In this document: piece by piece, positions 26,468 through 35,719 of the stretch
Position numbering within the stretch: the first letter of the stretch is position 1
Layout: every line of letters starts with the position of its first letter
The notes under the pieces: model-generated
The model's database searches: none
Seen by the model: only the letters and a program-made list of their open reading frames with translations
Told to the model about the DNA's origin: nothing
Origin: Candidatus Heimdallarchaeota archaeon
Lineage (GTDB): Archaea > Asgardarchaeota > Heimdallarchaeia > Heimdallarchaeales > Heimdallarchaeaceae
Direction of reading: 5' to 3'
Assembly (NCBI GenBank): GCA_019057375.1
Contig: DXJF01000040.1
Location: 1 to 51,359, forward strand
Length of the DNA stretch: 51,359 bases
Program-made: the position numbers and the translations under genes

Positions 26468-27355
26468 CTGAATAATAATAAATCCATTCTTGAACTAGTT
26501 AAAGAACGAGTAGTCATTTTAGATGGTGCAATGGGGTCCATACTTATTGATCAAGGTTTGGAACCTGGTACTCCACCTGAAAAATGGAATGTTTCTCATC
26601 CAGAAAAAATCCAGAAAATCCATTTGGATTATTTTAATGCTGGATCAGATGCTGTTCTTACAAATACTTTTGGTGGTTCTAGAATGAAATTAACTGCACA
26701 CAAACATGGTCAAAGTATTGAAAAATATAATCAAAAAGCAGTAGACCTTGCAAGAGAAATCTGTCCAGAAAACTGTTTCATCGCAGGAGACATTGGACCT
26801 TCTGGAGCATTTCTCCCTCCAGTAGGTACTGCAAGTGTTAGTGATTTTGAAGAGAATTTCTTAGAACAAGCTGGGTACTTAGCAGACGCCGATATAGATT
26901 TTTTCTTTATTGAAACCATGGTTGATTTAAAAGAGGCTGAAGCAGCTGTTAAAGCTGCAAGAAGCATCTCTAAAATACCCATTTTTGCATCTATTACATT
27001 TCAAAAAACCAAAAGAGGATATTTTACAATTATGGGAGATACGGTGTCGAATTGTGTAAAAAATCTAGAGAAAGCTGGAGCCAATGTCATTGGTGCAAAT
27101 TGTACAATAAGCAGTGATGAAATGATAGATCTTATCCCTTTGATTTCTCAAGAAACAATCCTTCCTATTTTAGCAAAACCAAATGCTGGAAAACCCCAAT
27201 TAGAGAATGGTAAAACAGTTTATCTAACGGAACCTAAACCTTTTGCACAAGATATTGAGCAGATTATAAAGAATGGAGCAAGAGTAGTTGGTGGGTGTTG
27301 TGGTTCAAACCCAGAGTTCATCAAAGAAATTGCTAAGCAAGTTAAAGGTGAATAA
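26468..27355 (+). CDS. Homocysteine S-methyltransferase (MetH Hcy-binding domain as a stand-alone protein)
   Basis: LDGAMG, TNTFG, GDIGPSG, IETM, GANC, PNAG, GGCCG zinc ligands; conserved N-terminus extends to CTG 26468 behind an AGGAGG SD. Confidence 0.9.
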   Translation: MNNNKSILELVKERVVILDGAMGSILIDQGLEPGTPPEKWNVSHPEKIQKIHLDYFNAGSDAVLTNTFGGSRMKLTAHKHGQSIEKYNQKAVDLAREICPENCFIAGDIGPSGAFLPPVGTASVSDFEENFLEQAGYLADADIDFFFIETMVDLKEAEAAVKAARSISKIPIFASITFQKTKRGYFTIMGDTVSNCVKNLEKAGANVIGANCTISSDEMIDLIPLISQETILPILAKPNAGKPQLENGKTVYLTEPKPFAQDIEQIIKNGARVVGGCCGSNPEFIKEIAKQVKGE

Positions 27356-28010
27356 GTTGGGAGTTCTGGAGAATTTTCAAATTAAATTGGATGACAATGA
27401 AATTCTTCGTTTATTACAGAATAAACAATCTGATAAGGATATGACGAAACCTTCAGAAAAAATGATAAAAGAGATTGAGGAAATGAAGGAACTTGCTCAA
27501 CCTTTAATCAAACCGAGAGGGATTTTTGAGATTTTTGGGAGTAAAAACCTTAAGCCAAAATTTCTGTTCAAGAAATCTGATATCACTGTATTCGCTATTT
27601 GTACAATTAGTAAAGATTTGGAAAACTTAAGTAAAGATTATCTCAAGAGGGGAAAATTAGCTAAAGGAGTCATACTGGATGCAATAGCTTCTCATGCTGC
27701 TGAACAGACAGCTGAAGAAGTAAATCAGATCATTCTAAACGAGTTAAGTGACACAATTCAAGAAAAGGAAGTCAGTTGTCGATTTAGCCCTGGATACTGT
27801 CAGTGGGAATTAGATAAGGGTCAAAAACAAATTTTCAGTCTTCTGGATAGCGAAAAAATAGGTGTTTCTCTATCTACTTCAATGATGATGAATCCAGTAA
27901 AATCTGTTTCATTCGCAATCAATATAGGATTAGAGGTTGATAAAGAACTAGGAATAAGGGGTTGTGAGAATTGCGATATGATTAATTGCGCCTATCGCAG
28001 AACAAAATAA
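27348..28010 (+). CDS. Methionine synthase B12 reactivation (AdoMet-binding) domain protein
   Basis: VFAICTI, ILDAIAS, RFSPGY, MNPVKSVS, C-terminal CxxCxxxxC; GTG 27348 overlaps the upstream gene's end. Confidence 0.85.
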   Translation: MNKLGVLENFQIKLDDNEILRLLQNKQSDKDMTKPSEKMIKEIEEMKELAQPLIKPRGIFEIFGSKNLKPKFLFKKSDITVFAICTISKDLENLSKDYLKRGKLAKGVILDAIASHAAEQTAEEVNQIILNELSDTIQEKEVSCRFSPGYCQWELDKGQKQIFSLLDSEKIGVSLSTSMMMNPVKSVSFAINIGLEVDKELGIRGCENCDMINCAYRRTK

Positions 28011-28011
28011 A

Positions 28012-29535
28012 TTAATGAGAGAAAATTTCTCTTTCTTTTTTGCTTCTATAAGAATCAAGTTGAGGAGCATGTAATAATTCCCTTTTTACGCTCTCATAAA
28101 GAACATCAGAATCCAGTATTGATCCAATAGATTTTATTGCATTAACTATAAATTCTGCTTTTTCAATTAGGTCTTGTTTTCTTTCTAGAACATAAGGATC
28201 CCATATCATCGCAGGTTGACCTTCTAGACATTTAGTAATTACTTGCTTTGCTATTTTACAGCTTTCAATAACATTTTCAGGGGTTGCAGCATGGTTTGCT
28301 TCACTATAACTTACAACATGAATAATATGTGGATTAAGTTGCATCTGCAACATTGTTGATTGTGCGAGTTGCCCTTTTGCCATATCTAAATCAATTGGGT
28401 AACTAAATAATCCTGTTCTTGTTTGAGTATAAACAGTAAAATTATCATCTTGAAGCGATTCAATCATTTCTTTTTGAGCAAGCATCTTAGCCAAATCATC
28501 TCTTTGATTTGTTTGAGGTGGAGTATTAAACATATATTGTGAGATAAAATTTCTTACTCCCAACTTTTTACAAATATAAGCACCCAAAAATCCTGCTGCT
28601 ATCGCTACTTCATCCTTTGCATCTCTCAAAGACCAATGATGTGATTCAAGGATCTCAACAGGGATTTCTTTTTCAGCATGCCATTTTATTGCATCAAGAT
28701 GAGCTTGTATTGAGGATTTTAACTCCATTGGACCTCTTCCATCCATTTGGTTAAACCAAAAGATAGGTATTGCAGCCCAAGCATTATTTATTGTGTCAAC
28801 ATAAAGCTGAGCTAATTCGATCAAATCATCTGTTCCTGCATAAGCCCTTATCAAGGGGTAATTTCCTACTCTCGAAGCTTGAAAAAGCTGTTCATAGTCT
28901 TCTTTTGTCCTGACAGGAACACCTCCAGCACCTTTACCAGAACTCATTCTTTCAGGATGGAAAAAGTGTGCTTGTGCATTTTGGTCAGTTCCTAAAGAGA
29001 TAATATCAAGACATCTACTTTTTGCTATCTTTCTAATTCCTTTTGTTGTTTCTTCTAAAGAAGGCAAACCAAAATGATGTCTTAAAACAGGAAAAGGATT
29101 TTTTGAATCTATTCTTTCAATAATATGTTGAGGAGGTACTAGAAATTTATCCTCTACAAAACTTCCTTTAAGATAAGCAATCGCTTGATCTGCATCATCT
29201 CCTTTAAAATAAACACTAAAAAAACCATCTTGTTTTTCGCTTTGAATTAATTCAGGTAAGCCTCCTAGGATAAATTCTCTTTCACTTAAACCTTCTTCAG
29301 TAATTCTTCTTTTCAATTGTCTTAAGATTTTTATTCCTGCTTTAGGAGTTAATCTATAACTCAAACCTACTATGTCAGGGTTATGCTCTCTAATTGCATT
29401 AATGAGTTGTTCAGTTTCTACAGCAGGTCCCAAGAAAATTGTTTCATAGCCTTGTTTTTCTGCTAATTTCAAAAATCTATGAATTCCTGCAATATGGACA
29501 CAATCACCAATACAGGCACCCAAGATTTTTTTCAT
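28012..29535 (-). CDS. Cobalamin-binding domain fused to an uncharacterised catalytic (probable TIM-barrel) domain
   Basis: N-terminal GDCVHIAG variant of DxHxxG, IVGLSYRL, FILGG Rossmann-type B12 domain; ~370-aa C-terminal domain. Confidence 0.75.
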   Translation of the reverse strand: MKKILGACIGDCVHIAGIHRFLKLAEKQGYETIFLGPAVETEQLINAIREHNPDIVGLSYRLTPKAGIKILRQLKRRITEEGLSEREFILGGLPELIQSEKQDGFFSVYFKGDDADQAIAYLKGSFVEDKFLVPPQHIIERIDSKNPFPVLRHHFGLPSLEETTKGIRKIAKSRCLDIISLGTDQNAQAHFFHPERMSSGKGAGGVPVRTKEDYEQLFQASRVGNYPLIRAYAGTDDLIELAQLYVDTINNAWAAIPIFWFNQMDGRGPMELKSSIQAHLDAIKWHAEKEIPVEILESHHWSLRDAKDEVAIAAGFLGAYICKKLGVRNFISQYMFNTPPQTNQRDDLAKMLAQKEMIESLQDDNFTVYTQTRTGLFSYPIDLDMAKGQLAQSTMLQMQLNPHIIHVVSYSEANHAATPENVIESCKIAKQVITKCLEGQPAMIWDPYVLERKQDLIEKAEFIVNAIKSIGSILDSDVLYESVKRELLHAPQLDSYRSKKEREIFSH

Positions 29536-30660
29536 TTACTCTCCTCCAACAATAGCTCCAACTGCAGCTTTATATTCTGTTATTGTTTCAAGTTCAGACA
29601 CTATTCTTAAATCTTCAAAAATTGTTTTAGCATCAAGCCCTAATCTATTTAAATTTCTTCCTTGACTTCTAAAATCAACCTTCAGCTCCTCTGATGCTTT
29701 TTCTATCAACTCATCGATATATCTTGTATCAACCCCAATGGATTTACCAAGTTCAGAAAAGGGAACTAGACCTGTAGGAATGTCCTCTGTTAAATATCTC
29801 ATATCGAAAGTTGTAGGAGCTGTTAATCCTGCATAAAAAGGATTGTTATGTAAAGCATCAAAAAGACTCGAGTTTGGGAGACTATATCTTTCACACAACC
29901 ATTCTTTTAATGATTGAACTTCTACTCCAAAGCTTCTTGCAATGGTTCGTCTTTCATTGTCAACTTGTTCCATATAGTCAACTACTTCTCTTGTAGCCCC
30001 GTCTCTGTAAAAATCAAATGGTTCTTTATTTCTTATTCTCTCTTCATTTAACAAAGTTATTGTAGGATGGAACACAGCTCCAATATTTCCTAAACTTGTT
30101 GTTAAGAAGTTTTCCACACCATAAAACTGAGGATAATCTTCATTTAGCATTGAAATTACCTGAGAAGTGCGATGATTTGGTATAACTGATAAAGAAACTG
30201 AATTCTTAATCCCCTTAACATCGCTTAAACCGGGTTTTATGATCCTTGTAGCGTAAATCAAAGTATTAGCTTCTGCTATAGTAACATCAGCAGTCAAACC
30301 TCCTTCTAAAAGAGCATTCATAAATTCTAAACTACCAAAAGTTCTTCCAGGATTTAGAACAATTGTTTGCTCCTCTTGAAGATGGGGAGCTAAAGCAGTA
30401 GCAATATCATAATGTCCAGTAGCTGTTGTAACGACCATAATTAATTCTGTCCCCCTCACAGCCTCTGAAATATCATTAGTAACTAGATTTAATTTTCCCT
30501 TTGAATGTATTTCTCCTTGTAATTCAATTTCCTTCTTTCTCATAAGAAGACGAATTCTATCTGTGGATCTGTTGTAGAGATTAACCTTATTTCCTTTGCT
30601 TGCTAGATAACCTGCAATTGCTTGTCCTCCACATCCAGCTCCTATTATGGCAATATTCAC
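29536..30660 (-). CDS. NAD/NADP octopine/nopaline (opine) dehydrogenase family protein
   Basis: IAIIGAGCGG, LNPGRTFG, NIGAVFHP, VDNERRTIA, RYLTEDIPTGL; GTG 30660 (or 30672). Confidence 0.88.
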   Translation of the reverse strand: MNIAIIGAGCGGQAIAGYLASKGNKVNLYNRSTDRIRLLMRKKEIELQGEIHSKGKLNLVTNDISEAVRGTELIMVVTTATGHYDIATALAPHLQEEQTIVLNPGRTFGSLEFMNALLEGGLTADVTIAEANTLIYATRIIKPGLSDVKGIKNSVSLSVIPNHRTSQVISMLNEDYPQFYGVENFLTTSLGNIGAVFHPTITLLNEERIRNKEPFDFYRDGATREVVDYMEQVDNERRTIARSFGVEVQSLKEWLCERYSLPNSSLFDALHNNPFYAGLTAPTTFDMRYLTEDIPTGLVPFSELGKSIGVDTRYIDELIEKASEELKVDFRSQGRNLNRLGLDAKTIFEDLRIVSELETITEYKAAVGAIVGGE

Positions 30661-30791
30661 CAAATCACCCACTTAGCATTATGTAAGAGGGGTGATTTTA
30701 TTCTACACACTATTTTTCTCGTAATAAAGTAGTTTTGATAAACTAATTCCAAGTTAGAGTTGTTTTCCACGTATTTTGTTTCTTTATACAT
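30657..30791 (-). CDS. Putative 44-aa uORF/leader peptide coupled to the opine dehydrogenase
   Basis: AGGTG-A6-ATG start; its TGA overlaps GTG 30660 (GTGA coupling); not in the ORF track. Confidence 0.4.
   Translation of the reverse strand: MYKETKYVENNSNLELVYQNYFITRKIVCRIKSPLLHNAKWVIW
30662..30698 (-). promoter_or_regulatory. Hairpin sequestering the SD/start region of the opine dehydrogenase
   Basis: Perfect 9-bp IR AAATCACCC/GGGTGATTT with inner CTTA/TAAG and CAT/ATG pairs. Confidence 0.55.
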
Positions 30792-31230
30792 TTTTTTCAC
30801 CTAATTGTTTTCTAGTATTGTAGCTTTGACTTAGTAGGAATCTTTCTTGAAGTTTCACCGTTTTAAACGTTCTAAGTAAATAGAGTAGTTTTCAATATTA
30901 AATATCATAAACGAAGTCAATTTTCGTTAGGGATACCATTTTTCTTCATAATCGAGCATTACAGTTAGTCAATCATATAACTATTCATATCTTTAAATAG
31001 TTATTCTTTTATTATCCTATATATTAATAAGTTCTTATAATAATTATTAAGTAATATTGTGATGAATCTATGATTAATTAAAGTAAAGTATAATTAATAT
31101 GTTGTTTTCAATAGTAATTACTATAAAAGAAAGCTTAAAAGATGATATTTTTCTTTGTTTAATTGGAAATAATCTTTTAAAATACCAATCTATTTTATAC
31201 ATAACTGATTAATTATTTGAGTTGATTGAG

Positions 31231-32679
31231 ATGAGACCTACTATCAATATTCTTGAAAAAGAACTAAAGGAAAAAGTTGTAATAGAAGCAATGGAAATAC
31301 TAGAAGAACTCGGTTTTTTTGTCGAAAATGATGAAGCAATACAAATCCTACAAAATGAAGGATTAAATGTTGACACAATTAACAGACGAGTAAAAATCCC
31401 TCCAGATCTTATTAAGAAATCATTAAAAACTGCCCCCTCATCAGTTCCGCTCTATGATAGAGACGGCAATTTAGTTACTAAATTAGAGGGAGACAATATC
31501 TGTTTTGACCCTGGTTCAGCAGCACTTAATGTTTTAGATCCAGAAACTAATGAAATTCGATCCGCGGTTACAAAGGATTTTGTTAATTTCACTAAGGTTG
31601 TTGATCAACTTGAACATATACATGCTCAAAGTACAGCTATAATTTGTTCAGATGTACCAGAAGAAATTGGTGATAGATATAGAATGTTAATTTCATTGAT
31701 TTACTCAAAAAAACCAATTGTAACTGGAACATTTGCAAAAGAATCATTTGAAGTAATGAAAGATATGTTGGTAGCTGTAAGAGGAAGTGAAGAAGAACTA
31801 AGAAAAAAACCTCTTGCCATATTTGATGCTTGCCCCTCACCACCTTTAAAATGGAGTGACTTGACATGTCAAAGTATAATTGATTGTGCTAGATATGGCA
31901 TCCCTTCTGAATTTGTCTCTATGCCAATGACAGGTGCTAATGCACCAGTTACTATTCTCGGAGCAATCGTTCAACATGCAGCAGAAACATTAGCTGGATT
32001 AGTTATAACTCAACTTGTATCTCCAAGAGCTCCTGTAATTTGGGGAGGTTCTCCCGCAGTTTTCGATCTACGAAAGGCTACCACACCCATGGGTTCTATT
32101 GATACTATGATTCTTGATCTCGGTTATGTTGAAATTGGCAAATATCTCAATCTACCTACTCATACTTATCTAGGTATGTCAGATACCAAGATACTTGATA
32201 TGCAATCTGGATTTGAATCTGGTATGGGAGCTCTTTTAGCTGGAATCAAGGGGGTAAACATGATTTCTGGAGCTGGTATGATTGATTTCGAAACAACTCA
32301 AAGTATTCAGAAAGTTGTCATTGATAATCAGATGTGTGGAATGATTCACAAATTCAACAAGGGTATTGTTCAAAGAGATGAACCTATTGCAAAAAATCTG
32401 TTAATCGATTTGGAAGAGAAAACTCATTTACTTTCACATGATCACACATTGAAATGGTTCAGGGAGGAACATTACATTCCTAATCAAATTATCGATCGAT
32501 CAACCAATGAAGAATGGATAAACAAAGGAAGAAAATCTGTTACTCAAAGAGCAACTGAAGAAGTAGATAAGCTCTTGAAGAAATATTCAGGTAGTTCTTT
32601 AGATAAAGAGAATATTTCTAGTCTGATAAACATAATGAGTTACAAGGATATAGATTTTAGAAAGTTACTAGGGATTTAA
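31231..32679 (+). CDS. Non-pyrrolysine trimethylamine methyltransferase (MttB/MtgB superfamily)
   Basis: SPPLKWS, SMPMTGANAPVTILGA, GAPVIWGGS-like APVIWGGS, SDTKILDMQSGFES, GVNMISGAGM; Ser (TCT 32218-32220) at the Pyl-equivalent position. Confidence 0.9.
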   Translation: MRPTINILEKELKEKVVIEAMEILEELGFFVENDEAIQILQNEGLNVDTINRRVKIPPDLIKKSLKTAPSSVPLYDRDGNLVTKLEGDNICFDPGSAALNVLDPETNEIRSAVTKDFVNFTKVVDQLEHIHAQSTAIICSDVPEEIGDRYRMLISLIYSKKPIVTGTFAKESFEVMKDMLVAVRGSEEELRKKPLAIFDACPSPPLKWSDLTCQSIIDCARYGIPSEFVSMPMTGANAPVTILGAIVQHAAETLAGLVITQLVSPRAPVIWGGSPAVFDLRKATTPMGSIDTMILDLGYVEIGKYLNLPTHTYLGMSDTKILDMQSGFESGMGALLAGIKGVNMISGAGMIDFETTQSIQKVVIDNQMCGMIHKFNKGIVQRDEPIAKNLLIDLEEKTHLLSHDHTLKWFREEHYIPNQIIDRSTNEEWINKGRKSVTQRATEEVDKLLKKYSGSSLDKENISSLINIMSYKDIDFRKLLGI

Positions 32680-32753
32680 TGCCGACATTGAAATTGTAAT
32701 GTTTCCAGTAAATGTTTTATATGACAGTCTACCTAATACCTTCTTGTGATTAG

Positions 32754-34631
32754 ATGAATAAAAGAATAAAAAGAAACAATATGCTAGGAATTTTTTCTCT
32801 TATTATATTACTAACAACTACTTTCTCAATGGTAAGTGTTAGTTCGACTCAACAGGTTCCACAGGAGAATTTCAGGCGTTTAAACTATACAACAAGTGTT
32901 CCGTTGTATATCGATAACGATTCTGACCTAGTAGGAAACAGTACAAGTGGTTCTGGTACTGCAACTGACCCTTATATAATTGAAAATTTAGAAATCATTA
33001 CAACTGATAATTACGGAATTTACATTAGAGACACTACTGTAAACTTTACTGTACGTAACTGCTTCATAGACGCAAATATTTATGGTATTTACATATATCT
33101 CGCAGCAGAACGCTCTGTTGAAATCGACAACAATATTCTTGATGATAGTCCTAATGGTATTCGAATCATTGGTAGTGATTACGCTAATATTACAAACAAC
33201 TATTGTGATGGTAGCACTTCATATGGGATCAATGTGGATACCGCTACCCATGCTCTAGTTAAGAATAATACTTGTATCAATGGTGGTACAGGTATCTATG
33301 GTACTCTCGCTGATTATAGTAATTATATAGATAATAAATTACACCAAAATACCGAGTATGGATTAAGGATAGTCGATAGTGATTACTGTAATGCAACAGA
33401 AAATATCTGTTATAATAACAACTATGCGGGGATTTATGTTGGAAGCTCAACTTTCACTTCTATTTGGGATAACGAATGCTACGATAATTCCTATCATGGG
33501 ATTGCAACATATTCAGATACAAATACTGATATTACATTTAATGTTCTACATGATAATACTTTCAATGGGATTTTCATTCAATTTTCAGTTGATGGTAATG
33601 TTTCTAATAATACTGTTTATTCAAATGACGGAACAGGTATTCTTATAGCTCAATCTACAGGAACTTTAATCGCAGATAATACACTTACTAATGATGGTTT
33701 TCGTTTTAACTTGTCCTCATTAGTAGATTATGCAACTCTAAGTGTTTCAAGCAATATGGTTAATGGAAAACAACTAGGATTCTATTATGATACAGATGAC
33801 ACAATTTTTTCGAGTAATATCTTTGGTCAATTAGTTTTAGCTGCTTGTGACAACTCTGTTGTTAAAGATCTGACAATTAGTCAAACAGATTACGCTGTAG
33901 CTCTTATTGGATGTGATTCTACTGTTGTTGATAATTGTGATTTCAATAACAATGTTGGTGGAAGCGTGTTACTTGAAGTAACGATGAATTGCACAGTTAG
34001 CAATACATTATGTAGTCATAATTCTATCAAACCTGGAATCTTTGTAGGTGGAGGAATTGATACAGTCATACAGAATTGTACCTCTAGCAATAATATGTAT
34101 GGATTGCAGATGGTTTCCAGTACTAATTCTACAATCCTTAGTAGTACTTTCAATCAAAATACAATCACAAATGCATACATAGCTGAAGGTGCAGCAGGAA
34201 ATATTAAATACAATGCTTTCACAAATGCAGGTTCGGTAGGATTAATGTTTGTAAATTTTGATTATGTAAACATTTCTCACAATCTCTTTGAAAGTAATAC
34301 TGGCTATGCTTTACATTTAGATGCTTCATCTACAGGTAGTTGGATACACCACAATGCATTCATATCTAACAATCTAGGGGGAACTTCACAAGCTTTTGAT
34401 GATACAAATAGTTTGAATATGTGGGATGATCCTTGGAATATGGAAGGCAATTATTGGAATGACCATGTGAGTGGAAATTATACTTTAGATGGTGCATGGG
34501 GAGTTAATGATACCTATCCATTAAGTAGTATTCCTCCTGGAGTTCCAGAACTCGGTAATTTGACTTATATTATTCTTCTAGTTCCAGTAATATTCGTAAA
34601 TGCCTTGATTATTCGAAGAAGAAAGAAATAA
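32754..34631 (+). CDS. Secreted right-handed beta-helix (NosD/CASH-like) surface protein with C-terminal anchor
   Basis: Signal peptide, GSGTATDPYII, many N/I-rich beta-helix repeats, GNYW, DTYPL, VPEL-TM-RRRKK tail. Confidence 0.85.
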   Translation: MNKRIKRNNMLGIFSLIILLTTTFSMVSVSSTQQVPQENFRRLNYTTSVPLYIDNDSDLVGNSTSGSGTATDPYIIENLEIITTDNYGIYIRDTTVNFTVRNCFIDANIYGIYIYLAAERSVEIDNNILDDSPNGIRIIGSDYANITNNYCDGSTSYGINVDTATHALVKNNTCINGGTGIYGTLADYSNYIDNKLHQNTEYGLRIVDSDYCNATENICYNNNYAGIYVGSSTFTSIWDNECYDNSYHGIATYSDTNTDITFNVLHDNTFNGIFIQFSVDGNVSNNTVYSNDGTGILIAQSTGTLIADNTLTNDGFRFNLSSLVDYATLSVSSNMVNGKQLGFYYDTDDTIFSSNIFGQLVLAACDNSVVKDLTISQTDYAVALIGCDSTVVDNCDFNNNVGGSVLLEVTMNCTVSNTLCSHNSIKPGIFVGGGIDTVIQNCTSSNNMYGLQMVSSTNSTILSSTFNQNTITNAYIAEGAAGNIKYNAFTNAGSVGLMFVNFDYVNISHNLFESNTGYALHLDASSTGSWIHHNAFISNNLGGTSQAFDDTNSLNMWDDPWNMEGNYWNDHVSGNYTLDGAWGVNDTYPLSSIPPGVPELGNLTYIILLVPVIFVNALIIRRRKK

Positions 34632-34717
34632 TTTTTCTTCCTTCTCTCTTTTTTTAATTATTGTATAATCACAATTTAGATAAGTAGGCTTGTTTTTTTA
34701 CTTTTGGAGAGCTTCTT

Positions 34718-35713
34718 ATGGACACTGAATACGTTGAGAACAATATGGATCCTTACTTTAAAACTATGCAAAGAAAATATACTGGTCCAGTATTTGATGC
34801 TCATACACATCTAGGCAAGGTTGAAGACGTAAGAACTATGGTCAAATACGAAGAAGAATTCAACGTCAAGAAGATCTTTGGAATTGTTAGGGACTCAAAA
34901 AGTAGGTATGAAATAGAAAGAGAATTTCCAGACATCTTTGTTTATTCAATCTTCCTTTCCATAAGAGAAGCTTTACAAGATAACCTCAAGGGCTCTCTTG
35001 ACCATCTTGACAAAGCTTATGAAGATGGTTTCAATATTGGAAAACTCTGGTTTTCTCCAAGATGGGTTAATTATTTCAAATCAGAAGATTTGAAAATAGA
35101 TTTTCGTACTCAAGATGTTCACTTGAATGACCCCAAATTAGAACCTCTTTTCACCAAGTTAGAAGATCTTCGATTTACCTTACTTCTTCATGTTAGTGAT
35201 CCAGATTTACTCTATGAGAAAAACTATCAGCCTGCAAGCAAATATGGTGTTAAGAAAGACCACGTTAATGCATTAAAAAATATACTAGAGAAGTATCCTA
35301 AGCTAAGAATTGTCGGAGCACATTTAGCTTCGCAACCTGAAAATCTACCACTACTAGACTCATGGCTAGATAAATTTCCAAATCTCTTTGTAGATACTGG
35401 ATCAGCAAAATGGATGGTTAGAGAATTTGCACATAAACGAGATGAAGTTATAAAATTTTTCAAAAAACATAAAGATAGAATCATGTTTGGAACTGATTTT
35501 GTTGCAGGAAGAACAGATAGAGAACCTATTCCAGGATATTATATTAACCGTTTCCTTAGTTTCCAAGCTTTGTTTGAAACCGATGTAGAAGGACTACCCT
35601 TTCCGATTCCTGATCCTGAGAATAACAATGAAACAAAGATTTTTGGTTTGGATTTTTCACAAGAAATACTCAAAAAAATCTACTGGGAAAATGCTAACAA
35701 AATATATCTCTAA
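34718..35713 (+). CDS. Amidohydrolase family protein (Amidohydro_2)
   Basis: DAHTH, LLHVSDP, GAHL, VDTGS, MFGTDF. Confidence 0.85.
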   Translation: MDTEYVENNMDPYFKTMQRKYTGPVFDAHTHLGKVEDVRTMVKYEEEFNVKKIFGIVRDSKSRYEIEREFPDIFVYSIFLSIREALQDNLKGSLDHLDKAYEDGFNIGKLWFSPRWVNYFKSEDLKIDFRTQDVHLNDPKLEPLFTKLEDLRFTLLLHVSDPDLLYEKNYQPASKYGVKKDHVNALKNILEKYPKLRIVGAHLASQPENLPLLDSWLDKFPNLFVDTGSAKWMVREFAHKRDEVIKFFKKHKDRIMFGTDFVAGRTDREPIPGYYINRFLSFQALFETDVEGLPFPIPDPENNNETKIFGLDFSQEILKKIYWENANKIYL

Positions 35714-35719
35714 GCAGAA

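Noticed and set aside
30700-31220. Cobalamin riboswitch in the long intergenic region of the B12 cluster
   Set aside because: Extremely AT-rich; no recognisable B12-box or conserved GGGAA/GCCACUG elements
31231-32679. Pyrrolysine-containing MttB
   Set aside because: ORF is uninterrupted and has TCT (Ser) at the Pyl-equivalent position
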